Assembly: GCA_013239625.1 (NCBI GenBank)
Contig: MU054338.1
Coordinates: 5,804,724 to 5,866,723 of the forward strand
DNA from: Lama guanicoe
Lineage: Eukaryota
Length of the DNA: 62,000 bases
Direction of reading: 5' to 3'
Shown here in pieces: positions 27,331 to 39,742 of the stretch. Both the position numbers and the translations under genes were made by a program. Within the stretch, counting starts at the first letter, position 1; each line of letters begins with the position of its first letter. Below the pieces are notes generated by a model, which did no database searches, was not told where the DNA came from, and saw only the letters and a program-made list of their open reading frames with translations.

Positions 27331-29532
27331 CCCCCATGACCCCCTCAGATGGCCTTGTGGTGTGGGTATTCTGACGCTCTGGCAGCCTAGGGCAGGTCCA
27401 ACTCCTCTGTCTGGCCTCATGAGCCCTGGCAGCAAGTCACTGTGCTTTGGATTCCTCGTTGGTACAGCGGGAAGGATGATGGAACCTTTCCAGGGAGCCT
27501 ATTCATGATTCCTGGCATGATTCGAGCAGACTTGGACCCACTAGGGCAGTGAGGGATTCGAACAGCCAAAGAAGATGCTGAGCTAGCCTACAGCCCTGTC
27601 CACCAGGTCCAGCCACTGGGTCTGCCATGTGTCCCCAAAGTCCCACTCTGCCCTGACATGACCCTCCCTGGGACTCCCACCTCCTCCCTCCAAGGCCCCA
27701 GGTGGGGTCACCTGGCCAAGGCAGGACCCAGCAGACATGGATAGAAGGTGGACAGGTGCCTACTTCTGGGATGAGGGGTGTGCCCTCTGGGATCCAGGGA
27801 AAGGGGGCTTGTTCTGCCATCCAGGGCCCTCCCCCTCAGCCTCACAGGCCAAGTGCTAATATGGTGCTGTTTTCCCGAGGAGGCAGGGCCCTGGGCCAGG
27901 CATGAATCCTCCTTAGCATAGCTTCCCCTTGCTGGCCCTCGGGGAGCAGGACTCCGGGAAGCCAGGCCAAGAGTGCCTAGAATCCAGTTAATGAGGCCCC
28001 TGGGTGCTGTGTGCAGCTATGCACGCGGGTCCACTGATCTCTGTCTCTCTGGGTCCCCAGGTTCCATCCTCACCCCCTGCCCTGGGGAGGAGAGGGAAGA
28101 AGACTGTGCCCACAGCACGGCTGCAGTGGAACCCTGGTAGTTGGTGGCTTCGGGGCCCCTCTGAAATATGGAGAGGTTGGGGCCTTGTCCAGACTTCTAG
28201 GGTCCAGGGCTGGCAGGCCAGGCTTGGACAGCAGCCCTAAGAAGAGGGCAGAGAGTGAGCCAGTGGCACGGGCCAGCTGCACCCTGCGGTCAGCTACTTA
28301 ACAGTTCTGTGCCAGCTGGTAACGGGCCATTGCCCTGGGCACCCAAAGTGCCCATCCTCCCCCAATGCTCTGTGTACTCCCACCTCCCCGCAGTCTCCTC
28401 CAGGGCTAAAGAGTCCCCCCGCCCACAGGGGCCTCCAGGCCTCGGCTTGTCCATTCTCACTGTCACAGCCAAATGTCATCCCATCTGGAGGCATCATTTC
28501 ATTCAAGTTTCCTGAGACCCCACATGGTTCCAGGTCCTCATTTTTTTGATGGAAAAACCGGCCTAGGGAAGGGAAGCGACTTACCCAAGGTCACCCAGCT
28601 AGTGAGCTGCAGAATTGTGATTCACATCCCATCCAGCCTGGCCCAGGGCTTGGCCTCTTAACACAACCCACAGACCCCCAGGGAAGGCACGTGGGTACCA
28701 AGCACATGTGTGTGGATATTACTTGGGGGGCTTCTTGTCCTGGGGGAACACCCTTGTGAGGTGTATGCTATGTGTCTTGGGTAGGAGTATGTATTGCATG
28801 TGTGAGTGTGAGAGCGTGTGTGAGGATTCTGTGTGTGAGTGAGTGGGGTGTCTGTCCTGGGTCCAGAGACTGGCTGTGAGCTCTGTGTGTGCATCTTAGG
28901 GTGCAGTGAGTGTGTGTCCCCGGGCAGATGTGTGTGCAGGAGACAGAGTGTATCTGAACAGGGTTGTTGGCATGTGTGCAAGAGCCACGCAGGCTCTGGG
29001 GGACAGAGCAGCCCCAAGTCCTCGGCTGATTTTACAGGCATTTATTGTGCTCCAGTGAAGTAGAAAAAGAAAGTGCTCGCGTTACAAACGCCGCTGTCAC
29101 ATCCCGTACGCCAGCTGCAAACCAAACCGCGTGTGTCCGCTGGGTCTCTGGGCATGCAGTTTGCTCCCACTGTGGGAATGGGGTTGGGGGCTGGGGGGCG
29201 AGCCTGGGCTCTGGGGGCTTCGCTTGGGGGGCTTCTTGTCCTGGGGAAAGCCACCTGTGGGGAGTGGGGAACAGCAGGGTAGCTTTGCTCAGTGCATCCT
29301 TTGGGTGTGTTGGGAACACCCGGCTCCATGTTGGACCCCTGCAGTGCTCCAGGGAGGAGCCCCCCGTTCCCACCCCACGGGCCCCCCAATCTGCTCCCCC
29401 CAAACGCTAACCCTGTAGGCAGGTGCCAGGAGGCTGGAGGAGCCATGCAGGGGGAGGGGGTCGGCGGGCCAGGCCAGGCCCTGCCAGGAGCAGCAGCCAG
29501 CCTCCCTGGGGGAAGGCGGGAGGCCCGGGGCC

Positions 29533-32500
29533 CTAGGCGGAGTTGTAGTAGTTGTGCGGGTGGTGGTTGTGGGCAGGCTCGCCCAGCTCCGGGTACTCGG
29601 GCGTCAGGCAGTACTTGGGGTCGTAGACCTGGCGCGGCAGCCCGTACACCGTCATGCCCCGCTGCGAGGCCCCCTTGTTGCTGCCCATCTGCAGGCTGAC
29701 ATTGAGCGTGTCACAGTGCTCCATGCCCAGCCCTGGCTCGAAGATCTGACGCTTGGTCCCGGGCGCGGTCATGCCGGCCTGCAGAGGGCAGTGCGGTCAG
29801 GCCATGGGGGTGGCGAGGGGCACGACCCCACCAGCCCGGCCTGTGCGCCCCCCTGCCCCCGCATACCTGGCTGGCTCCCTTGTTGGTGCCCATCTGCAGG
29901 CTGATGGTGGCCTGGTCCAGGGGCTGGTCCGTGCCCAGCTTAGGGTCATAGAGGTGGCGCCGGGTGCCGTAGGCTGTCATGCCCTGCTGACTGGCAAACT
30001 TGTTGGTGCCCATCTAGGGAAGCCAGGAGGAGAATCACCCTGAGGGTTACAGAATCTCACCACGGGCCCTGAGGTTTAACTGATGTCAGTTTCCACCCTC
30101 AGGCTACAGACCGGAAACTGAGGCCCAGAGAAGATGTGTCACAGACTGGTAAATGGCTCAGAGCACTGGGGCCTGACTTCCAGTGGGCGATCCTGGCGAG
30201 GGAGCTAGCTTCTCCTGGCCTCAGTTTCCTCATCTATATAAAAGGTATGATGCCAACAGTACCCACCCCCTAGAACCATTGGAGGAGTGAGTTAGGGTAC
30301 AGAAAATGCCAAGCAGATAGTTTAGTAGTAGGGACCATTCTGTCCCCCCCGAGCCTTCAGGGAGCAGGGTACCCTCTCAGCTTCCTCGTCCTCCCGCCTC
30401 CTCAGCAGCCAGACCCCGGTGAGGAAGGGGCGGTACCTGCAGCCCGATGATGTTCCTCCCTTCTCTTAGCTTCTCGGGCTCAAATTTCCGTTCCTGCTTC
30501 TCTGCGTATTTCACTCCCACGTTCACCTTGTTCCCTTTCGTCTTGGCCTGGGGAAGGAGGGGGGCTGGGACTGATGAGGGAGCTTCCAGGCTGCATCGTC
30601 CCCTTGAAGACCCTTAGCTGCACATGCTGGGCTTGGGGGGGGCACCAGCATCCCAGCCCAGACTTGCCCAGCCCCCCCTGCCCCGTGCCCGCCCTCCACC
30701 CACACTCACCATGCTGGCCAGGGCCAGGAGGGTGGACTGCACTTGTGTGTGGTTGGTGTTCTCGAACAGGTCGTTGGCCTCAAAGATGTCATGGGGCTTC
30801 ACCCCATACTTGGTGATGGCCTTGATGAAGTTTCCGATGTTCTCCAGCTGGAGGGGAGCCGGTGGTTGTTAGGGGTGGGAGGGGGTGGAGGTCTGAGGGG
30901 CTATGGGCCAGGGGTTGAAAGAGTTAAGAGAGTCGAGGCTCACCTGGTGCCAATTTTGGGTGGATTCATTGACCTTCTTCACGGAGCCTGGCTGGAGTTT
31001 ATTAATGAACCTACGAGGAGGAGGGGAGGGGAGTGAGGAAGGTGACCTGGCTGCTCCCGGGCACGCCCAACCCAGCAGGACAAGGGGTCAGGATGAGAAT
31101 CAGTCGGCGGGCACTATCCTTTTTGCTGTTTCCCCCGAGTCAGCTCTCAGCAGCAGCCCCACCACACCATCAGCAGGCACAGGCAGGACCGAGATGGGTA
31201 ACCAACCTCGGGGAGCTCGACTTGGTCCCGGTCAGAAAGTCTCCCTATGTACAGGTGTACAGGAGTCTCCGGGTGTGCCCCTGCCTCACTGGTGACCATG
31301 TTCCAGTCTCATTTTCTCTTTCAGACCTCTACACCACAGAGAGCCCACAGCTCAGAACTGGGGCCTCTGCGCTGGCCACCCTCACCCCCTCTGATCTTGT
31401 CCAAACTTGACTTTAGATGCCATTCCTATGCCAGTGACTCCCCAATATCTCCCTGCAGCTGGCCTCTCAGCCTCTATTCCAACTCCCCACATGGATATTT
31501 CCAATCAAATCCACACTACCCAGACTCCTGGCACCCACCTGCCCCTCCCCCTAGAATTCCCTCCATCCTCCCCAGCTCAGTAACCACCCCCTTCCAGGTC
31601 TCAGACAAAGCCCTCTGCTGCCCTCGACTCTCCTCTCCCTTTCTCATCCCCACATCTGATCCCTCAACAATTCCTTTGGCTCTGCTCCTGAAGACCTCCA
31701 GAAGCTGGCCTCTGCCCTGGTCTGAACCACCAGGGTCTCTCTCCTGGGCTCTTGCCTTGATCTCTGATCTCCCTTTGGGCTCCCAGCTTCCACCTCATTG
31801 CCTCCAGATGATTTTCATCCCACAGCTAAAATGGCCTTCTTGATACAGTTCCAGTTACTCCCCAGTTCAGAGCACTCCCATGGTCTCCCATTGCCTTGAG
31901 AATAAAAGCCTAACTCCTTAGCATGACTAAGAGGTTCGGTATCATCTGGCTCCCAGCTAACTCCCTCCACTTTCCCTGATCATACGGGCTTCTTCAGCGT
32001 TCCTTGAACACAGGAGGCGTGCTCCTACCCCAGGGCCTTTGCACTGGCTGTCCCTGCCCTTAAAAGCCCTCCCAGCAGCTCCCCTCACTTCATCCAAGAT
32101 TCTGTTCAAATATTCCTTCCCTGACCATTCTGTACATAGCAGCAACCCTTCACCCCACTGGGCACACCACCCCCATCCTTCCCCGCTTGATTCTTCATGG
32201 CACTTCCCATCACAGCCATGTGTGTGATTATTTCATTAATTATTTGGTCGATCGCCCCCCACTAGGACTAAAGCTCTATATGAGCTCTAAGTCGAGTCTT
32301 TTGTTCACTATCCCCAGTACCTAGACCTGGCTGGCATACAGAAGGTGCTCCATAAATGCACCTACTCCATAAATGGGTAGGTGGGTGGCTCTGCACTCTT
32401 TAAGACCTGGGACACCAGGCCATTCTCCACCCCACCCCCATTCCTTGTTCCTAGCAGATATGGTAGAACAGCATACCCCGGCCCCTCCCTTTCCAGCAGC

Positions 32501-35358
32501 TAAGGCTGGGTAAGGCTGCGCCTTCGGGAAACTTCCCAAGCACGCGCTCTGGCCCTCATGGTCACCCTGCCCTGGGTCAGACTCAGAGATGAAGACAGGA
32601 CTGTGGCTGGGCTCAGGGGCCCGCCCAGAAATAGGGTTGTGGTGGAATCTGGAAGGTGGAATCTGGAATCGGGGCTTGAGAGTAGTGAGGGATTGCATCT
32701 CCCTTGGTGATTAGGTTCTGAGAAGATTAGAAAATCAAAGCCCACTAAAATTACTGTGACACATCCCTCAGGTCACCAAGCCAGTGATGGACAACTGTTG
32801 TGACCCGCTGCCTTTTAGCTGTGACCTCCCTTTGTTGGAACTCTGAAGGCCACAACTGTGGCTGCCCTATATGCATTGAAGACTCTAGATTCTGAAGTCA
32901 TTTCTGTTAGAACGGCATGAGACTCTGGCCATGTGTTTCACGTAACAGAGCCTCAGTTTTCTTTTCTATTCAATGGGCACAATGATCATTTTCCTCCTCA
33001 GAGTTCTGTTTTGAGGTCTCAGATATAAAGTGCCCAATCCAGCTCTGAGCTTATGGTTGTGTGAGGGATTTGGGCAGTAGAGGTGAGGGGTTGGGACGGG
33101 GGCAGCCCAAGGTGGAGGGAAGGGAGTGCTCCACTCACTCGCAAAGGATGATGCCGTCTTTGAGGCCGTCCATGAAGTTGTTGCCGATGCGGCGTCCTGT
33201 CACCCCCTCAATCCACTCTCGAAGCTCCTGCTCCCGCTGATGGTCGTACTTCTGGGCCAGCTGGGGGTGGGGGCACAGACAGGGTGGTGAGGTCGCAGTG
33301 GGGACCAAGGTTGGCTCCCAGGCCCTATCCGAGGCTCTCAAAGCCTGATCTCTTCCATCCCTTCCCAACTAAAGCAATTCTGCCACAGTGTCCAGTGGGG
33401 AGGGGGGACAGGGGTGTGTGTGTGCTGGGGGGTTGAGGGCCTGGGTTGAGGTGGCACCTGCCCAGGGTGCCATTCCGGGCATTCTGAGGTTTGGCACCAG
33501 AGAATGTGGACCAGGCGGGTGGAGAGTGAGATACTGAGCTGGGGGGGGGGCGGCGCCTAGCCCTCTGGTTCCCCCTCCAGACCAAACTTGGGGCTTAGCT
33601 TCTCCTGGCCCTGCCCTACTCCTGGAAGCCTCAGGCAGGGAAGGAGGAGCCCTAAGGAAGTGCCCTTGAGTGCCGAGTGCCGCCTGGCAGGGGACTGCTC
33701 TGTCTTGCATCTTTGTCTCAGTGTCTCTCCAGGTCCTCATCCCCGTGGCTCCCTCTCTCGCTGAGGGTGAGAGCATGCTGGCCCCAGCCATGTCTGTATT
33801 TTTCTGTCTCTCCCCATCGTCGGATGTCCCTTTCCCAGCTCTGTCTGTCTTTCCTTGGTCCTGTCTTCGCGTCCCCATCTCTCCACGTCCGTCTGGTGGT
33901 GGGGCCCAGGGCTCCTCCATCTCTGCCTCCGTAGGTCTCTCGGTCTCCAACTCCAGGTTCCCTGCCTCTGGTGAGGGTAGGGCTCCGCCGTCTCTCCGCC
34001 TCTCCATCCCTGTCTCGGTCTTATCTCGCTCCTGGCTCGCTCTGCCCTCCCCCATCCGTCTCTCTCTTGTCTCGGGCTCCCAGAATCTCTGTCTACGTCT
34101 CTTTCCCCAACTCCCCTACCCCCGCCTTCTCTTCTCCCACTTGGCCCCCCTCCGTTTCTCCAGAACCCTCCACCCTAGCCCAGACAAGCTCCCAGCCCCT
34201 GGGGGACCTGGCTGCCCCTTCTCCTGGGAGAGGGGGAGATGGGGGGACCTCCCCCTTACCTGGCCCGGGCCCTGCCGCCCCCCTCCCCACCAGCCCGGCT
34301 TTATAAAGCAAACCGGCCCTTATATAGCGCGGCCCCGCGGGCCGGGCTCCCGAGGCCGCCTTATATGGCGCGGCGGCTCCGCTCGACTCTGGGGCCGGCG
34401 CTGGGGGGAGGCGGGGGCGGCGCTGGGATCTGTCTCTGGCCTGAGCACCCACCCCCACAACCTGCCCCTTCCTCCAGCCCTTAAGATCCCCCCGACCCAG
34501 ATTCCCAATCCCAGCTCCCCACTTCCTGCCTGTGGAACCCTGGGAAAAGCCACCCTGAGCCTCAGTCTTCCCCTCTGTCCAATGGGGTTGGGACTCCTTC
34601 CCTGGCAGCACTTACGGGAGCATTCCAGTGGGCTGGGGACTTCCACCTCGTTGCCCTGGACAAGCTGACCCCATTCTGGTGTGTGTCGGTGGGGAGGGGC
34701 AAGTTCAGGGTCCTAGTTCTGCACTTCCCTTATATAGGACCGAGCTACTTGCCTCTCCTCTCTGAAACCTCATTTTCCCCATCCATAGACCTAAGGAGGT
34801 GTCTCATTGTTTCCCCAGCTCCAAAATGAGTAGACCCTTGCTATGTCCCTAATGCCCACTCTCTGCCCTCCCTAGATGTCTCCCTCTCCTTTACCATCTC
34901 CCACACTTTGGGGTCTCACCTCCCAGGAACCCCAGCTCTGGAACACTCCTCAAATTCTCTGCCAGGCTGAGGATGTGGGCAAAATCAAGTCTTTCCCCAG
35001 CCCCCCAGGAACAAAAAGGATTAACAGGGGACCCTGATCAAGTGGGGTTTCTGCAATGGACCGACCGCCTCAGTTTACCCATGATGGCTTACGTTTCCCC
35101 ATTTCACACCTCAGCAGTAGCTCAGGGCTCTGAGATGCTCAGGCCGGGGAGGAAGTCAGCCCCTTCCCCATCTTGTTTCTCTCTCAGGTTCCAAGTCACA
35201 TAGGGCAAGAAGAGGGTCCAGGGAACCTCAAGAGAGTGGGGCCTCTGGCCTGGCAAGGCATGTGGGCCAGGCAGGGGGAGGCCCTCCAGCCCTACCTTGT
35301 TCTTCACCTCGGCTGACAACCCGTAGGCGGGGCCTCGGTTGAAGTGAGCAGAGGACAT
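29533..35358 (-). CDS. CNN1: Calponin-1 (basic smooth-muscle calponin), 297 aa
   Basis: Exons (minus) 35358-35296, 33260-33139, 31010-30944, 30847-30710, 30547-30437, 30013-29867, 29778-29533 = 894 nt. [21 protein letters not shown] start, CH domain, three calponin repeats (LQMGTNK), ends HNYYNSA. AATAAA at 29046-29041. Confidence 0.98.
34299..34738. promoter_or_regulatory. CNN1: CNN1 intron-1 SRF/CArG enhancer (four CArG or CArG-like boxes)
   Basis: CTTTATAAAG 34299-34308, CCTTATATAG 34318-34327, consensus CCTTATATGG 34359-34368, CCTTATATAGG 34728-34738. Intronic CArG control of CNN1 is established. Confidence 0.85.
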
Positions 35359-36600
35359 GCTGGCTGATGGTGGGTGGGCAGCGGTGGCCGTGCGCTGAAG
35401 ACCGGGGCAGCAGCTGAGGCTCCGTCTGTCCCCTCTTCCCTCCTCACACGTTTTTGAAGATCTGGAGGCGGCCCGGGCCTCTTCCAAGGCCGTCCCATTG
35501 GCCATAGGGGACTGCCAAGGGGCGGGGCACCCCCATCTCAGCCACCCCCACTTCGTGATGTCAGGGCCTTGGTATTGGGAGCTGATTGTGTCATTGTTTC
35601 CACCTAGGGGGGCGGCCTGGGTTATTCTTGGGTGGGGGGGCTTGGCCAGACAGAGACCCACCTTTCCCCTCTCCCCACTGTTCAGTGGGCCTCAGGCTGG
35701 GTCTCCTAGTCTCTTTGTGTCTAACTCTGAGGCCATGTCCCCACGTCTCTGAGGTCATCTCTCTTCATCTCTTTCCAGTCTTGAGACAGGACTGCCGCCT
35801 GTGGTAGTTTATCGAGCACCAGCTGGGGTTTAAGTCCAGACACCAACAGTCTATAACTGTAAGCAAGTCCTTTCTCCTCTCTGAGCCTCTGTTGCCACGT
35901 CTGTAAAATGGACTAATGATAGTGCCTGCCTCACAAGGGTGGTGGAGGGTCAGAAAAAATAATGCCCCTGACATGCACAGTGTAGTGCCTGGCACAGGGA
36001 AAGACTCAGGAAATAGCAGTATTTCTGCTGAGAATCTGGCACCCTACTGCCGTACCCTCCAGCCCCTCATAAGGACCTGGGGGAGCAGAGATCCTGGATC
36101 TCTGGATCTCTGGGTCACAGGCCATGGACACCCCCATATATCCCTGTCCTAGCCAGGCTGGCCTGGAGGGAATACTTGCAGGCAGCCCTGCCTGGCCAGA
36201 TCTCACCCCTGGACCACAAGGATGACATGGATGACATGCACATATCATGCCACAAATGTCAAGGTCATGTTAGTGACACTTGGATAACATATCAGCAACC
36301 TGCCATACACTCATGATATGTTAAGGACATGGTAATTTGCTGGCCACATGCTAAGGGCACAGCAGTGACATGATAATATAACAGCCCTTATGTCAGGCCC
36401 TACCCCAAGTGCTGTACATGTATCAGCTCATAGTTCACAACACCCTCAGAAGAGGATGCTGCTATCATATGCACTTTACAGATGGGGAAACTGAGGCACG
36501 GGGTGTGAAATCCCTTTCTCAGTGTTGCATCGCTCACCAGTGCCAGAGCAGAATTTGAACACGGGCCTATGAGGCTATGACCCTAACGCTAAGAGGCTAA

Positions 36601-36848
36601 GGCAGGGTTTCTCAACCTTGGTACTGTTGACATCCGGGCTGGGTAATTCCTCATGGTAGGGGGGCTGTCCTGAGCATTGCAGGACTTCAAGCAGCAGCCC
36701 TCGCCTCTGCCTACTCAGTGCCAGGAGCACCCCTTTCCCCAACCCTTAGCCTTGACAAACAGAAATGTCTCCAGACATTGCCAAATGTCTCTGAGAAGGG
36801 TTTAGGGGTAGTTGGTGGCAGATTGCTCCCATTTGAGAAAAACTGGGC
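36601..36848. mobile_element. MER20 DNA transposon
   Basis: cagggtttctcaaccttgg...aatgtctccagacattgccaaatgtc...ttgagaaaaactg terminal inverted repeats. Confidence 0.85.
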
Positions 36849-37049
36849 TAAGGCAACTAAGGATAAGTTGATGGAGTGTAATGAATGATACGTTGAAGAT
36901 ACGCTAAAATACGTAAAATAAGCTTACAATTAGCTCCCGCTGTGTACTAAGTGCTTGGCTTTGTTAACTCATTTTTCATAGCAGCCCTATGATGTGGGGT
37001 CTATATTACGTACAGAGAAGAGAAGCCCACTGCCCGGAGTCACACAGCT

Positions 37050-37390
37050 CCTGGGTGGCGGAGCCAGGATTAGCACGCGCAGATTCTCGGATCCATCCCA
37101 TGCTGGGCCGCCCTCTGCCGGCCACAGGTTGGCACTGCGCATGCGAGGACCCGCGCCTTGTCCGAGCTCTCGGCTGGCGCCCCCTGGCGGTCCAGGAAGG
37201 GCGGGGGCGGGGCCTGGCGGCGTCCGGGTGGCGATGACGCGACGTTCTGACTCACTCGGCCCCGCCCCCCTGCCCGCGGCCGCTTGGCCATTTATAGCAT
37301 CCGCGCGGGCTCTGAAGTCACAGCCCAGGCACGACGGGGGCGGGGTGGGGGAGCACTTGGCGCGCCCCCAGACGGGGCAGCCCGGGGTCT
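37050..37390. promoter_or_regulatory. CpG island ~1.7 kb upstream of the CNN1 ATG
   Basis: NRF1 TGCGCATGCG 37136-37145, CTCF motif 37177-37192, GC boxes, AP-1 TGACTCA 37248-37254, CArG-like CCATTTATAG 37288-37297. Confidence 0.65.
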
Positions 37391-37966
37391 CCCTAGGGGA
37401 CAGCCCTTTCTGGTTCCTTTTGTCCCTCCAATTCTGGATCGGTGTCTCTGTATCTCTTGCTGTGTCTTTTGGTCGTTCTGCGTCCGTCTCTCTACGTAGC
37501 TGAGTCTTTTTCTGTCTCAGCCTTTGTCTCTCTCTGTGTCTCTGAGTCTGTCTGTCTGTCTCTGTCTTTCTCTCTGGCCCCATGTCTCCTCTGTATTATC
37601 TCTCCATCTCTGTGTCTCTGTTTCTGCTCCGCGTCTCTGGGTCACCGTTTTTCTCTATGTCTCTGTATTGTCTGTCTTGTGTGATGGATGAAGGCAGAGG
37701 CGCAGAAAGCGGACCGATCCCTTCCCGAGACCCCAACCTCAAGGGACTCCCCCATCACTGGCTGCTGGTGTGCTGTCCCTGACTCAGCTCCTATGTGGCG
37801 TTTCCCAGGCCACAGCCCCCCTGTGTCTCAGTTTCCTATCAAAATGAAAAGGATGCGCTCTTGTAAGGAATAGTTTCCAGAAAAGTCCAGGACAGTCATG
37901 AAGAAAAGCCCTGCCTTTCTTCAATCTTAGGAGACCCCATATGAACTTCCTGACTCTCAGAATTGT

Positions 37967-37997
37967 CACACACACACACACACACACACTCACACAC
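37967..37997. repeat. (CA)n microsatellite
   Basis: Read directly from the sequence. Confidence 0.9.
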
Positions 37998-39180
37998 CTC
38001 TGTGCCTGTATGTCAACCGGGAGAATTCCCCACTTCTCCCTACTCTTGTCTATCTTACCATTCTGGGTCTGCCAGCTCCCACCCCTCACCTAGCTTTCCC
38101 CTCCCAAAATGGCTTCTGTTTCTGGAAGGCTGGCTCCACACCAGGCACTGTGTCAGGCACAATCTCATTTAATCCTCACCATCACAGTTTCAAGGTGGAA
38201 ATTCTTAGACCCTTTTTATAGATAAAGAAAATTCCAGGTTCAGAGAGACTAAGCCACTCTCCCGGGGTCACACTGCTCCTACTACTTGCAGATCTTCCAC
38301 ATGTATTTCTTAAGTGCCGAGCACGCTCCCACCTTGGCACTAGTAGTCCCTTCTGCCTGGACGCATTTCCACAAGATGCCTGCGTACCTTCTGCCTCATA
38401 TTTTCTGCTCAGATGTCCCCTTTTTCAGAGAAGCCCTCCCTGACCACCTGCTCTAATATAATAGCATCCCTCACCCCCAGACTGTGAGAGGGTGATCAGA
38501 AGGGAGCTGTTCACTTAAGTGTTTGCACCTGGAAGTGGGTATGTCCCCCTCCATCAAAACTTTCATTTTAACAAGTGTTTTGGGGGTTTTGGGGGGAATT
38601 AGGTTACTTATTTATTTACTTCCTTTTTTTTAAATGGAGGTACTAGAGATTGAACCCAGGACCTCATGTTCACTGGTCTATCTCCAGTACCCAAAGAGTG
38701 CCTGCACACAGCAGGTGCTCAAACACTGCTGAGTAAATGGAATTAAAATTGGTAAGTCAGGACTGGAACCCACATCCATTTGAAATGTTGGTGCTTAACC
38801 ACACACAAAGTAAGGGCATAATTGCCCAGCAACTCTTAGACTGAGGACAGATGAGGTGGGAGTGTCCCCATTTTCATTCCAACCCTCCCCAGAACACCAG
38901 TTGGAGGGTGGAGAGGGCGTCAGGTCCTAGGCTGTGGCTGGGGTTATTCCAGGCCATTCTACAGCTGCCCAGTCTCTTGTTCAGCCTTGCACGTTGCAAG
39001 AAGATGTTTTGTAGGAAAAATCTGGTTGAACAAGAGAGGTTTTTTTTTTTTTAAGTGGACTGGACTGGCAAAAATCAGAACGCGTAACAACATGCAATGT
39101 TGGTGAGGCTTAGAAAGCATCATTGATGGGCGTGGGCAGTTTGTTAATAGCTTTCAAAATGATAAATGTCCTTATCTTTT

Positions 39181-39742
39181 CTGGTGGTTAATTTTATGTG
39201 TCAAGTTGATTGGGACAGAAGTGCCCAGATACTTGGTCAGACATTCTGGGTGTATCTGTGAGGGTGTTTTTAGATGAGGTTAATATTTGAATTTGCAGCC
39301 TGAGTAAAACAATCCCCTCCCCAATATGGATGGACCTCATCTGGTTAGTTGGAGTCTTGACTATTTGACACCCCTCCCCTCCAACCCGGTAAGAAGGAAC
39401 TCCTCCTGCCTGCCTGCCTTGAGCTGGGATATGGGTTTTTTTCCTGCCTTCAGCCTGAAACTGAAACATCAGCTGTTCTTGAGTCTCAAGCCTGCCAGCT
39501 CTTGGACTGGAACTTATACCGTTGGCTCTCCTGGTTCTCAGACCTTTGTTCCTGGACTAGAACCACACATCATCTAACTCTCCTGGGTCCCCAACTTGCC
39601 AACTGCAGATCTTGGACTTGGACTTCTCAGCCTCCGTAATCACTTAAGTCAATTCCTTACAATAAATTCTCTCTCTCTCTCATATATTTTTTCCTATTGG
39701 TTCCATTTTTTGTTTTCTGGAAAACCCTGCCAATCTAATACA
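39181..39742 (+). mobile_element. MLT2 (ERVL) LTR
   Basis: tggtggttaattttatgtgtcaa...cagcctccgtaatcac...aataaattctctct...ctaataca resembles the MLT2 consensus. Confidence 0.8.

Noticed and set aside
33670..34668. 332-aa plus-strand ORF
   Set aside because: It is low-complexity CT/GC-rich CNN1 intron 1 read antisense, with no recognisable domain.
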